A stretch of DNA of 64,000 nucleotides. Origin: a virus. Taxonomy: Duplodnaviria; Caudoviricetes. Of this stretch, positions 48,303 to 58,634 are shown one piece after another. The notes beneath the pieces were generated by a model, which made no database searches, was not told the origin of the DNA, and worked only from the letters and a program-made list of their open reading frames with translations. The stretch lies in the IMG/VR virus record IMGVR_UViG_3300044623_001154, positions 1-64,000 of that record, one strand, 5' to 3'. Each line of letters starts with the position of its first letter. Positions within the stretch are counted from its first letter, which is position 1. A program made the position numbers and the translations under genes.

Positions 48303-49013
48303 ATGGGAAAATACACAGTAACATTAATCAGTGATACACACAACAAACATAAACATGTTCACAACAACTCTTTGGGTGACTTACCTGGGGGAAATATCTT
48401 AATCCACGCAGGTGACATATCATCTATGGGTTACGAACACGAAATAAATGAATTCGCTAAATGGTACGATGGTCTTAACTATGACCACAAAATATTCATC
48501 GCGGGTAATCACGATTGGGGATTCCAAAATAACGCTGAAAAAGTTAAAGGTAACTTAACAGGATACAAAAGTATTGATTACATCCAAGATGAATTGTTAA
48601 CTATCCAAGATGGTGACAAACCTGAAGTTAAAATATGGGGTTCTCCTTGGCAACCTGAATTCTACAATTGGGCGTTCAACTTACCAAAAAATGGTGATGA
48701 GTTAAAAGCGAAATGGGATATGATTCCTGAAGATATTGATATCTTAATCACTCACGGGCCAGCATGGGGATTCTTAGATGATGTTGATGGTCGCCGAGGA
48801 GACCACTTAGGTTGTGAATTACTTGCTGAGAAAATCAAACAAATCAAACCAAAGATTCACGTATGTGGTCACATCCACACAGGACACGGTCACTACTTCG
48901 ATGGACACACTCACTTCTTCAATGCGTCATTATTGAATGAACAATACTTATACTCTCAAACACCATGGAAATTCGAATGGGATTCTGTAACAAATGAAAT
49001 CACATTCTTATAA
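48303..49013 (+). CDS. Calcineurin-like metallophosphoesterase
   Basis: ISDTH, HAGD, IAGNHD, LITHGP, GHIH. Confidence 0.92.
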   Translation: MGKYTVTLISDTHNKHKHVHNNSLGDLPGGNILIHAGDISSMGYEHEINEFAKWYDGLNYDHKIFIAGNHDWGFQNNAEKVKGNLTGYKSIDYIQDELLTIQDGDKPEVKIWGSPWQPEFYNWAFNLPKNGDELKAKWDMIPEDIDILITHGPAWGFLDDVDGRRGDHLGCELLAEKIKQIKPKIHVCGHIHTGHGHYFDGHTHFFNASLLNEQYLYSQTPWKFEWDSVTNEITFL

Positions 49014-49017
49014 AAAC

Positions 49018-49046
49018 AAAAAACCCCTCAAACGAGGGGTTTTGTT
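49018..49046. terminator. Bidirectional terminator
   Basis: AAAAACCCCTC-AAAC-GAGGGGTTTT. Confidence 0.75.
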
Positions 49047-49886
49047 TTATTGGGTTAATAATTTGTAATATTCTTTAAAGTGTTTTAATCTATCCTCAAG
49101 ACCGTTAGTTCCACCGTTAACTCTTTTTGTTACTAAAGCAACTGTTTTATCGTCAGCACCTTTATCACAAACACTCCATAAAGTGTTAGCATCAAAGAAA
49201 TAAGCTGCAGATGCTAATGGGTATTTAGTTGAAACCAAATCAGGATTAGAAACACAATCCTCACCAATGAACTTAGTGAAGTTTACATAGTTAGATTTAC
49301 CTGTTAATTGGATGAACCCTCGTCCACGGAATTTAAACCCTTCCTTGGTCGTTTCATCACCATTACCCATTCTTCCACCATAAACTCTTGAAGCTATCTT
49401 TTCAGGTTGTTTTGCGTACGATTCTGAAAGATTTCCTGGAAAATACTTTCCGAACACTTTTTTAAGACCATCTGACGAGTAATGTAAATTTTCAACTGTT
49501 ACTCTAAAACCACCACTTTCATGTGAACATTGTGATAAGAAATGAGCTAATCTTAAATTTGTTGTAATACGAAACTTTTTTGCGGTTTCATCAATTTGAG
49601 ATAAAACAGTGTCAGGTATATGACCACGTAATTTATCAATGTTTAACCCACTTGTTGTTGGGGTAATAACAACATCTTCTTTAACTATAGATTTTGTATC
49701 ACCAAATAATTTACTCCACGATTGTTGACCGATAATACCATCGGAAGTCAAACCATTATTAGTTTGCCATGATTTAACCGCTTTTTCAGTGCCAGGACCA
49801 AATACACCATCAGGTGTTAATCCCAATTTAGATTGTAACGTTTTTACATCTTCCCCTGTTGAACCAATTTTTAACATAATATTCAA
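49047..49886 (-). CDS. Endolysin: peptidoglycan-binding domain + GH19 (chitinase/lysozyme-like)
   Basis: GS.G.DV..LQ..LG...DG.FG..T...V..WQ..NGL..DG.IG; AHFLSQ..HESGGF, FRGRGFIQLTG..NY, T..VNGG.NGL.DR. Confidence 0.92.
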   Translation of the reverse strand: MNIMLKIGSTGEDVKTLQSKLGLTPDGVFGPGTEKAVKSWQTNNGLTSDGIIGQQSWSKLFGDTKSIVKEDVVITPTTSGLNIDKLRGHIPDTVLSQIDETAKKFRITTNLRLAHFLSQCSHESGGFRVTVENLHYSSDGLKKVFGKYFPGNLSESYAKQPEKIASRVYGGRMGNGDETTKEGFKFRGRGFIQLTGKSNYVNFTKFIGEDCVSNPDLVSTKYPLASAAYFFDANTLWSVCDKGADDKTVALVTKRVNGGTNGLEDRLKHFKEYYKLLTQ

Positions 49887-50029
49887 ATTTTATATTGATA
49901 AATATTAGACATTGGTTTATAATTTGAATAAATAACGACATTCCGAAAATAAATAATTTAGTTTTTTTCGTTTAAGACCCCCTTGTTAAAACTTGGGGGT
50001 TTTTTGGTTTATTAGAATATTTATTAAGC

Positions 50030-52153
50030 ATGAATAAATTATCTAGAATTTCGTTAACCATTGGTGTAGTTGGGTTATTATCTTTTTTCTTAATGCACGT
50101 ATTAATTTACACAGAATTAATCTTAGTCACTGAGAATATAATCCATTTTAGTTTTTACACAAAAGGTTTAATCGTATTAAGTTTAATGGTCTTCATTAAT
50201 GAATATTTGAAAAAAAACAAACAAATTGATACTGAATCAAAATATAGTGTAAAATTAACTGAAGTATTAATTTCTCAATCACATAATACTTTGTTTTATG
50301 AAGGTAACACTTCTGAAGGTGCTAAAGTTTTAACTAAAGAAGTATCTGAAACAATGAATACGGATAGATGTTCTATATGGTTATATAATCACGATAAAAC
50401 TTCAATTATATGTGAACAACTATATGTTAAATCAGAAGACACTTGGTACCAAGACATTAAACTAAACAAGAAAGATTTCAAACCATATTTTTTAGCTCTT
50501 TTAATTAACCCTGTAATTGTTGCCAATGATGCCAAAACACATACCGCAACTTCTTGTTTTACTGAAACATATCTAAAACCTCTTGGTATAAAATCTATGT
50601 TGGATGTTCCAATTATTTTTAAGGGGGAAGTCATTGGTGTTATATGTATTGAAAGTTTAACTCCTCGTGAGTGGAAAAAATCTGAACTAGAGTTTTCTCA
50701 ATTATTATCGTCTACTTACTCATTCTCATGTTGGGTTAAAGAAAGTAATGATTTAACGAGAAGAAATATAGAAACTGAAAAATTCATAAATGAAGCGGCG
50801 ATTGTTTCAATTACTGACAACAAAGGAAAAATAACTCACGTAAACTCTAAATTTGAAGAGGTATCGGGTTGGAAATTAAAAGATGTGAAGGGTAAAGACC
50901 ATAGTATCGTTAATTCCGATTCACAACCTGACGGATATTGGGGTAAGATGTATGACAAAGTATTAAAAGGTAAAATATGGAATGATGTTGTTACTAATAA
51001 AACAAAAACAGGTGAACTGTATTATGTTGACACATACATCAAAGCATTATTTGACAAAGAACAAAAATTAGAAGGTTTTTCATCAATTAGACAAGATGTT
51101 ACCGAACTGAAAAAAAAGGAACTTGAAATTCGTAATAGAATGAACGCAATTAATAAATCTAATGCAGTGATTGAGTTTGATTTAGATGGAAATATTCTTT
51201 TTGCTAATGAATTGTTTTTAAATACTATGGGTTATTCATCACAGGATGAAATAGTCGGAAAACACCATAGTATGTTTATCTCAGATGATGACTTAAATAG
51301 TGATGAGTATCGTGTTTTTTGGGAAAAATTAAAAGAAGGTATATTATTCTCAGGGGAAATTAATAGAACTAAAAAAGATGGGACCTTAGTGTATTTGCAG
51401 GCGACTTATAATCCAATTGTTGGTATAGATGGTAAAATTTATCGTGTTATGAAAATAGCCACAGATATTACCAACTCTCACGAACAAAAGAAAGAAATTG
51501 AAAAGAAAAACACGTATTTAGAACACGCGGCAAAGATATTAAGACACGATATGCACTCAGGGATTAATACTTACATCCCAAGAGGTGTTAACTCATTAGA
51601 AAGAAGATTAACTCAAGAAGATATTACTAATCTTAAAATCGAAGCCCCACTTAAAATGATTAAGGAAGGTCTTAAACACTCACAAAAAGTTTATAAAGGA
51701 GTTTACGAATTTACCAATCTTGTAAAGAAAGATGTTGTATTAAACAAAACCGAATGTGATTTAAAAATGATTCTAACTGACTACTTATTATCAACGGCAT
51801 ATATTAGTCAAGTTATTATTGACGAATTACCAACTATTGAGGTAAACGAACCTCTATTCTGTACCGCAGTTGACAACTTGATTAGAAATGGTTTAAAGTA
51901 TAATGATTCGGACACTAAATTTGTTAAAATTTATTTTGAAGGTGATACTCTGAATATACAAGATAATGGTCGAGGGATTAACCAAAAAGATTTTGATGAG
52001 TTATCAAAACCTTACACTAGAAAAGAAGGTCAAAAAGAATCAGGAACTGGTTTGGGTCTAAATATTTGTGTGGCGATTTTGGAAGAACATGGATTTAGTA
52101 TTACCTGTGAGAAAAATGAAACAGGTACAAAAATGAAAATAAAAATAAAATAA
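50030..52153 (+). CDS. Membrane sensor histidine kinase: 2 TM-GAF-PAS-PAS-HisKA-HATPase
   Basis: GAF (RCSIWLY, SMLDVPI..G.VIGVIC); PAS/PAC (AVIEFDLDG.I..AN..F...MGY...IVGKHH, ATYNPI..KIATDIT); RHDM H-box; NLIRNG.KY, DNGRG, GTGLGL. Confidence 0.92.
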   Translation: MNKLSRISLTIGVVGLLSFFLMHVLIYTELILVTENIIHFSFYTKGLIVLSLMVFINEYLKKNKQIDTESKYSVKLTEVLISQSHNTLFYEGNTSEGAKVLTKEVSETMNTDRCSIWLYNHDKTSIICEQLYVKSEDTWYQDIKLNKKDFKPYFLALLINPVIVANDAKTHTATSCFTETYLKPLGIKSMLDVPIIFKGEVIGVICIESLTPREWKKSELEFSQLLSSTYSFSCWVKESNDLTRRNIETEKFINEAAIVSITDNKGKITHVNSKFEEVSGWKLKDVKGKDHSIVNSDSQPDGYWGKMYDKVLKGKIWNDVVTNKTKTGELYYVDTYIKALFDKEQKLEGFSSIRQDVTELKKKELEIRNRMNAINKSNAVIEFDLDGNILFANELFLNTMGYSSQDEIVGKHHSMFISDDDLNSDEYRVFWEKLKEGILFSGEINRTKKDGTLVYLQATYNPIVGIDGKIYRVMKIATDITNSHEQKKEIEKKNTYLEHAAKILRHDMHSGINTYIPRGVNSLERRLTQEDITNLKIEAPLKMIKEGLKHSQKVYKGVYEFTNLVKKDVVLNKTECDLKMILTDYLLSTAYISQVIIDELPTIEVNEPLFCTAVDNLIRNGLKYNDSDTKFVKIYFEGDTLNIQDNGRGINQKDFDELSKPYTRKEGQKESGTGLGLNICVAILEEHGFSITCEKNETGTKMKIKIK

Positions 52154-52172
52154 TATAAAAAACGAAAAAAAA

Positions 52173-52610
52173 ATGATTGATTCAATTTTATTAGTGGATG
52201 ATGAGGATTTATTCCATTTAGTATTTGAAGATGCGTGTTCATTACTTGACATAAGTTTATCTTTAAACGCATTAAATAGTTCTGATGAAGCCGCAAAACT
52301 ATTTGAAAAATGGTTCCAAGAAGGGGACAATTATGATAAACCAGAATGTGTATTTGTTGATTTAAACATTATTGGTAGTTCTTTTGATGGTATTGAGTTA
52401 ATCAGAAAAATAAATTTTGAGTTTGGTAATCACGTTGTAATTGGGATTATATCATCTTCAAACGAAGCCGAAGAACAAGCAAAAGCGGTTCAAGCGGGTG
52501 CACAATTTTGGATTATTAAATCTGATGACATTGAACCTCGTTTAGAAGAGTTCAGAAAAGATTATGAAGGTTATAAAAACAGAACATTACCATTTAAAGT
52601 TTACAAATGA
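52173..52610 (+). CDS. Single-domain response regulator
   Basis: LLVDDED, VFVDLN, ISSS, IIKS. Confidence 0.9.
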   Translation: MIDSILLVDDEDLFHLVFEDACSLLDISLSLNALNSSDEAAKLFEKWFQEGDNYDKPECVFVDLNIIGSSFDGIELIRKINFEFGNHVVIGIISSSNEAEEQAKAVQAGAQFWIIKSDDIEPRLEEFRKDYEGYKNRTLPFKVYK

Positions 52611-53284
52611 TTAAAATAGATAGTAATACTAAAAAATTATTGATGGACCTATACGTTACCAAACGTGTGGGTCTTGAAGGTAACATTACTAAACTTATTG
52701 ATAGTGAAGATGACGATGACTTTAAAAATTATCTAAAGGAATGTGAAACCAAAGACAGTGATAAAAGAAAAAAACGTCTTGAAATCACCAAAAAAATTCA
52801 ATCTCAAAATAAAGAATTAAGTGATTTAAATGATGAGAATAGTCGAATTTTAAGCGAATTAAATCAAACATTAGATGAAGTTGGTCAAGATAAATTAACC
52901 TACGAAGTTCAAAATCGAGAACTTAATGAGTGGAAATTAGAAAATATCCGTTTAACTGAGGAATTAAAACATGAAATGGTTAAATCTGAACAGGCCAGAC
53001 TGACCGCAGAAACCGCTAAAGAAAATGCTGAAAATGACTTAGATTTTATCCAAAAAAGAAATCAAACGGAATTAATCTCAATTATTGTTAAGGTTGCTTT
53101 ATGGATGATAATTGGTGTTGGTTTAGTAACAACCTTAGTTTATATCATAACCCTTACTATGGGTAAAGACACACAAGTTATTAGTGCCGCTTGGGCAAAT
53201 ATGTTTGGAATCTTACTTACAAACGCGTTCTCAATTGTTGGAACCATTATGGGTATTAAGTATGCGTCAAAAGACAACGGTTAA
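52607..53284 (+). CDS. Coiled-coil protein with two C-terminal TM helices
   Basis: Long heptad region, then hydrophobic hairpin; coupled to the receiver gene. Confidence 0.75.
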   Translation: MIKIDSNTKKLLMDLYVTKRVGLEGNITKLIDSEDDDDFKNYLKECETKDSDKRKKRLEITKKIQSQNKELSDLNDENSRILSELNQTLDEVGQDKLTYEVQNRELNEWKLENIRLTEELKHEMVKSEQARLTAETAKENAENDLDFIQKRNQTELISIIVKVALWMIIGVGLVTTLVYIITLTMGKDTQVISAAWANMFGILLTNAFSIVGTIMGIKYASKDNG

Positions 53285-53507
53285 ACTTTACGTTTAGGTG
53301 CTCTCTTCTCATTCTTATATTTGATTTCAACTTCATATGGATTAACCATACTTCGTTTACTATCATATTTAAAGATTGTGATTGAATCGTCGTCTTCAAA
53401 CACTCTTTCCCACTTTTTATGTTCTATTTCTACTTTTTTCTTTATCATACTACAAATTTACAAATATTTTTAATATAATTATATACTGACACAAAAAAAA
53501 AATAACC

Positions 53508-53520
53508 TGACATTTTGTCA
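53508..53520. promoter_or_regulatory. TGACATTTTGTCA palindrome upstream of dnaK
   Basis: Identical to the copy at 6891. Confidence 0.6.
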
Positions 53521-53584
53521 TACTTTGACAGATGGTATGATTTTAATAGTGTTTTTGTAAATTAAAATAAAAATTAAAAAAATT

Positions 53585-55456
53585 ATGAGTAAAATTATTG
53601 GTATTGATTTAGGAACCACAAATTCATGTGTGGCGGTTATGGAAAATGGGGAACCTGTGGTAATCCCTAACAGTGAAGGTAAAAGAACAACACCTTCAGT
53701 TGTTGGATATATTAACGAATCTGAAAGAAAGGTAGGTGACCCCGCAAAAAGACAATCTGTAACTAACCCCACTAAAACGGTATATTCTATTAAACGATTT
53801 ATGGGTACTACATTTGACGAATCTAAGTCAGAAATAGGGAAAGTACCATATGAAGTGATAAAAGGTAAGAATAACTCACCTAGAGTGAAAATTGAGAGTA
53901 AAGATTATTCTCCACAGGAGATTTCCGCAACTATTCTACAAAAAATGAAAAAAACTGCCGAAGATTACTTGGGAACAACAGTTACTGAAGCGGTTATTAC
54001 AGTTCCCGCTCATTTTAACGACGCTCAACGTCAGGCAACCAAAGAAGCTGGCGAAATTGCGGGTTTAACTGTAAGACGTATCATCAACGAACCAACCGCG
54101 GCAGCATTGGCTTACGGTCTTGATAAGAAAAACCAAGATATGTTAGTTGTAGTATTCGATTGCGGTGGTGGAACCCATGATGTTTCAATTCTTGAGTTAG
54201 GTGATGGTGTATTTGAAGTATTATCTACAGATGGTGACACACATTTAGGTGGGGATGACTTTGACCAAACAATTATCAACTTTTTAATTGATGAGTTTAA
54301 GAAAGAGAACGGTGTTGACCCAAGTAAAGACCCAATGGCTCTTCAGAGATTAAAAGAGGCGGCTGAGAAAGCGAAAATTGAGTTGTCATCATCATCATCA
54401 ACTGAAATTAACTTACCATACTTAATCCCTGTTGATGGAATTCCAAAACATTTAGTGGTTTCTTTAACAAAATCTAAATTTGAACAACTTGTTGATAATT
54501 TAGTTAAGAGAACAATTGAACCGTGTAAAAATGCGTTAAAAAACGCTGGTATTAAAATAACTGACATTGATGAAATTATTTTAGTTGGTGGTACAACAAG
54601 AATTCCCGCTATTCAGGATGCAGTTAAGAGTTTCTTCGGTAAAGAACCTTCAAAAGGGGTAAATCCTGATGAGGTAGTTGCGTTAGGTGCCGCTATCCAA
54701 GGTGGTGTGTTAGCTGGTGACGTTAAAGACGTACTTTTATTAGATGTTACCCCATTATCATTAGGTATTGAAACTATGGGTGGTATATTCACTAAATTAA
54801 TAGAGTCAAACACAACAATTCCAACTAAAAAGTCACAAGTATTCTCAACGGCAGTTGATAATCAACCAAGTGTTGATATCCATGTACTACAAGGTGAGAG
54901 AGCCATGGCTAGCGACAATAAAACCATTGGTAAATTCCAATTAACTGATGTCCCACCATCACAAAGAGGGGTCCCACAGATAGAAGTGACCTTTGACATA
55001 GATGCTAACGGTATCATTAACGTATCAGCATTGGATAAAGGAACTAACAAAGTACAATCAATTAAAATTGAAGCGTCTTCAGGTTTATCTAAAGAAGAAA
55101 TTGAAAGAATGAAGGCCGACGCTGAATTAAACGCCGAGTCTGACCAAAAAGCAAGAGAAGAGGTTGAATTAATCAATAAGGCTGACACGACAATCTTCCA
55201 ATCAGAAAAGTCATTAAAAGATTTAGATGATAAAATTTCTGAAGACGATAAAAAAGATATTAATGAACTTATTACTAGTTTGAAGGAGTCAGTTGAGAAA
55301 AAAGAAATAACTATTTTAGATTCTAAGATTGAATCTATTAATACTAAGTTCCAATCAATCAGTGAGAACCTTTATAATAAATCTAATCAAGAACCTACTA
55401 ATGAATCATATGACACAAACGATGTTTCTGATGTAGAATTTGAAGAAGTGAAATAG
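53585..55456 (+). CDS. dnaK: Molecular chaperone DnaK (Hsp70)
   Basis: [74 protein letters not shown]. Confidence 0.98.
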   Translation: MSKIIGIDLGTTNSCVAVMENGEPVVIPNSEGKRTTPSVVGYINESERKVGDPAKRQSVTNPTKTVYSIKRFMGTTFDESKSEIGKVPYEVIKGKNNSPRVKIESKDYSPQEISATILQKMKKTAEDYLGTTVTEAVITVPAHFNDAQRQATKEAGEIAGLTVRRIINEPTAAALAYGLDKKNQDMLVVVFDCGGGTHDVSILELGDGVFEVLSTDGDTHLGGDDFDQTIINFLIDEFKKENGVDPSKDPMALQRLKEAAEKAKIELSSSSSTEINLPYLIPVDGIPKHLVVSLTKSKFEQLVDNLVKRTIEPCKNALKNAGIKITDIDEIILVGGTTRIPAIQDAVKSFFGKEPSKGVNPDEVVALGAAIQGGVLAGDVKDVLLLDVTPLSLGIETMGGIFTKLIESNTTIPTKKSQVFSTAVDNQPSVDIHVLQGERAMASDNKTIGKFQLTDVPPSQRGVPQIEVTFDIDANGIINVSALDKGTNKVQSIKIEASSGLSKEEIERMKADAELNAESDQKAREEVELINKADTTIFQSEKSLKDLDDKISEDDKKDINELITSLKESVEKKEITILDSKIESINTKFQSISENLYNKSNQEPTNESYDTNDVSDVEFEEVK

Positions 55457-55546
55457 ATAACCTTAATTTAATATAAAATTAAAATCCCATTCTTTTAAGT
55501 TTGGGATTTTTTTATTATATTTGTAGGACAAGTTAAATCACACATT

Positions 55547-55933
55547 ATGAAAGTTAGTTTTGATTACGACGGTACCTTATCGTTACCTCATGTCGAGGAA
55601 TTCGCAAAAGAACTAGTCGAACAAGGGTATGAGGTATGGGTTGTTACTTCAAGAGTAAGTGAAGATGAGTCTATACTCCATCCTTGGACAAAACCTGATT
55701 GGAATAAAGATTTGTGGGAAAGTTGTGAAAGGATTGGTATTCCAAATAGTAGAGTTAAGTTTACCGCACATAAAGATAAGATTACGTTTTTAGAAGGTAT
55801 GGGGTTCGTATTCCACTTGGATGATGACTTACACGAATTAATATCAATTATGGAATCTAAAGATAGTTGTCAACCATTAAACGTTGGCCATTTTGATTGG
55901 CAAAAAAATTGTTTAGAAGTTTTAAATAAATAA
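55547..55933 (+). CDS. HAD-superfamily hydrolase
   Basis: FDYDGTL, VTSR, HLDDD. Confidence 0.8.
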   Translation: MKVSFDYDGTLSLPHVEEFAKELVEQGYEVWVVTSRVSEDESILHPWTKPDWNKDLWESCERIGIPNSRVKFTAHKDKITFLEGMGFVFHLDDDLHELISIMESKDSCQPLNVGHFDWQKNCLEVLNK

Positions 55934-55987
55934 AATATGATAAATTAATACAAAGTATAAAACACACAAAACCTAAAATTTAAAATT

Positions 55988-56191
55988 ATGAAAAAGTTTG
56001 AAAAAGTAATGTCAGTGATTAATAAATACTCATTATTAGTTGGTGGTATATCATCGTTTTATAACTCGTATTTCAGTACTAAAAGTACGTGGGAAATGGT
56101 TGCTTGGGCTTGTGCTGCTTTGTTCGCATTGAGCGGTTTTGCCCAAATTGTTGAATTAGAAAGAAAAATCAAAGATAAAGATTTTGAATAG
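55988..56191 (+). CDS. Small membrane protein
   Basis: Two hydrophobic segments. Confidence 0.55.
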   Translation: MKKFEKVMSVINKYSLLVGGISSFYNSYFSTKSTWEMVAWACAALFALSGFAQIVELERKIKDKDFE

Positions 56192-56258
56192 TTGATAATT
56201 TTAGAAAACGTTATCTCCGTGGTTATGGTAATTTAAGATTTTTTTGTATCTTTGATAT

Positions 56259-56741
56259 ATGAAAACAACTGTACCATACGAAATGACATCTAACGCGATT
56301 AAAGGTTATGATGAATCAACAATCGCTAAAGCGGAGAGAAATGATTGTGTTGTAAGAGCATTCGCATCAGCGTTTGACATACCTTATGACAAGGCTTGGG
56401 GGATAATCTCTGAGAAATTTGATAGAAAACCAAGACAAGGGACTTATAGTACGTACTCAACATTAAATAAATTGTCTGAGGTTCGTTATACTTGTAATTA
56501 CAAGAAAATTAAACCAATTGGTAAAACTCGCGGAGACTTACGTTACGATGTTAAAGTGAAGGGTGAGGTAGTTAAAAGAAAAATGACTGTTGGGACATTC
56601 ATTAAGAAAAACCCTGAAGGAACATTCTTCATCTTAGTTAGAGGTCACGCGTTCACAATTAAGAATGGTGTGGTTATAGGTAATTACGAAGACTCAATAA
56701 AATTGAAAAAAGAAATTTATTTCGCATACCAAATTATATAA
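56259..56741 (+). CDS. Conserved phage protein (NDCVVRA...GHA), possible Cys-His peptidase-like fold
   Basis: ERNDCVVRAFA.A..I.Y..A; V.GHA..I..G. Confidence 0.65.
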   Translation: MKTTVPYEMTSNAIKGYDESTIAKAERNDCVVRAFASAFDIPYDKAWGIISEKFDRKPRQGTYSTYSTLNKLSEVRYTCNYKKIKPIGKTRGDLRYDVKVKGEVVKRKMTVGTFIKKNPEGTFFILVRGHAFTIKNGVVIGNYEDSIKLKKEIYFAYQII

Positions 56742-56744
56742 CTT

Positions 56745-57269
56745 ATGAAAGTAATATTTTTAGATAACGATGGTGTTATGTGTTTATCTACCGAGTGGGG
56801 TGGACGCATGAAAAAGATTAAAAAATGGAAGTTAAACAATCCTGAAAGTCAGGGTTATGTTAACGACCCAAAAATTCCCGCACATATCAAGATGGATAAC
56901 TTCAACTCCAAAGCGGTTAAAGTTCTAAATGAAATATTGGAATTAACTGATGCTGAGATTGTTGTATCCTCAGATTGGAAACTACATTGTACCTTGGTAG
57001 ACTTACAACATATGTTTAAAGAATACGGTGTGATTAAGTCACCTATTGATGTTACACCTGACACCGTACTTAAACGCATGTCTGATTTAGAAGGTAACAG
57101 AGTGTCAGAAATCAATACTTGGTTAAATAACCACCCTGAAGTAACACATTGGGTAGCTATTGATGATTTGGATTTAAGTAAATTACCTAACTTCGTTCAT
57201 ACTAAAAAAATGAAAGAAGGGATTAAACAATCAGGTATCAAAGAAAAAATACTTAAATTTTTACTATAA
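56745..57269 (+). CDS. HAD domain protein (Swiss-army-knife RNA repair-like)
   Basis: IFLDNDGV, IVVSSDW, R..EI..WL, WVAIDD. Confidence 0.8.
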   Translation: MKVIFLDNDGVMCLSTEWGGRMKKIKKWKLNNPESQGYVNDPKIPAHIKMDNFNSKAVKVLNEILELTDAEIVVSSDWKLHCTLVDLQHMFKEYGVIKSPIDVTPDTVLKRMSDLEGNRVSEINTWLNNHPEVTHWVAIDDLDLSKLPNFVHTKKMKEGIKQSGIKEKILKFLL

Positions 57270-57302
57270 CACATTTTAATGTATTTATAGTAAAAACATT
57301 TT

Positions 57303-58319
57303 ATGAGCAAAGTAATAAGATTAACCGAGTCCGATTTGGTTAGACTAGTTAAAAAAGTTATATCCGAACAACCCAAAATTAGTAATCCCAAAATTAGTAA
57401 TGATTGGATGACCAATTTGAAAAATTCTGGTAAAAATCAAAGTGTATGTCCCATAGGGTTTAGACAAATGACACAACAAGAAATAAGTTCTTACTCTAAA
57501 AAATTGGTTAAACCTTGGTCTAATACAACTGACGGGACGGGTGACTATATATATAAAAACGCGAATACTATATGTAAAAGTACAGCACCTAAAGGTGAAG
57601 CTAAAAAGCTTCCAAATCCCTTTCAAGGTTTAACATTGGAACAAGTTGCGAATGGATTTAGAGATGCTATGAGTGGTGTTGGTGGAAGCATTGCACAAAT
57701 TGTTATATCACTCTTTGGTGGTCACGTAATAAATATGGTTGCTTGGGGATTATTAGTTGCTTATGATATTTATTCTTGGGTACAAAAAGGGGTCGTTAAT
57801 TGGTTTAACCTTCTTAACGATTTAATTTGGTTATTGTTGGCAGGTGTTGGTGGTAAAATAATGGGGGCTCTTAAACCTATATTGAAAGGTGAAACTAAAT
57901 TAATAAACATCTTCACAAAAGCGTCTAAAACAACTTGGTGGAGTCATCTTAAACTGTTTTTAACCAAAATTAGTAGTTACGGTTCTAAAGTAATATTGCA
58001 AATTAGACAAGCGATAAGTGCGATAATAAATAAAGTTCCTACATTAAAAAGTCTGTTAAACCCATTATTGGGGATAATTAATCGTGTTGGTGGTGTTTTA
58101 ACCAGAATTGAACAAACTTTTGTGGAATTTAGTAAAATTAAACCTGTTATGAAAGTTGCTAAAGTGGTTAAACCTATGGTTAAACCTGTTACGACAGTTG
58201 CTAAAGTGCTTAAACCTATGGTTAAACCTGTTGTAAAAGTTGCCAAAGAATACGTCAAAGGAGATATTCAAAGTAGGGTGGTAAATACTGGATTAAATGC
58301 TGGATTTGGTAAAACATAG
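57303..58319 (+). CDS. IRLTESDL leader protein with TM helices and basic KP(V/M)VK repeats
   Basis: Leader; central hydrophobic helices; C-terminal KPVMKVAKVVKPMVKPV repeats. Confidence 0.8.
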   Translation: MSKVIRLTESDLVRLVKKVISEQPKISNPKISNDWMTNLKNSGKNQSVCPIGFRQMTQQEISSYSKKLVKPWSNTTDGTGDYIYKNANTICKSTAPKGEAKKLPNPFQGLTLEQVANGFRDAMSGVGGSIAQIVISLFGGHVINMVAWGLLVAYDIYSWVQKGVVNWFNLLNDLIWLLLAGVGGKIMGALKPILKGETKLINIFTKASKTTWWSHLKLFLTKISSYGSKVILQIRQAISAIINKVPTLKSLLNPLLGIINRVGGVLTRIEQTFVEFSKIKPVMKVAKVVKPMVKPVTTVAKVLKPMVKPVVKVAKEYVKGDIQSRVVNTGLNAGFGKT

Positions 58320-58351
58320 TAAAAACCCCCAATCACTTGGGGGGTTTTAGT

Positions 58352-58606
58352 TTAAGAAGGTGTGTTATCACTCTTTTCTTTTTGGATTTTGTGAATCATC
58401 CAACCAGCAACCGCAAACTCAGCCGCCGCCCATAATAAGAATTCACCCATTGACAAATTTATATGTTTTTCTAATAAAAAGAAAATCATACCCCATTGTG
58501 CAATCACAAACGCTATTCCTGACTCAATCCTTTTTTTTGAAAAGTATGATTTTTTTGTTGAATAGATGTTTATGATTTCTGTAAAGAACCATTTAATTTT
58601 TTCCAT
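58352..58606 (-). CDS. Two-TM holin-like membrane protein
   Basis: SKKRIES.IAF...TM..TM; TATTTAT upstream on minus strand. Confidence 0.6.
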   Translation of the reverse strand: MEKIKWFFTEIINIYSTKKSYFSKKRIESGIAFVIAQWGMIFFLLEKHINLSMGEFLLWAAAEFAVAGWMIHKIQKEKSDNTPS

Positions 58607-58634
58607 AACGTTTTTATTGATAAATATCTCGCAT

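Noticed and set aside
54343-55188. Antisense ORFs inside dnaK (and similar ones at 1526, 19451, 27473, 30960, 57977, 61832, 63222)
   Set aside because: They overlap well-supported genes on the opposite strand; typical shadow ORFs.
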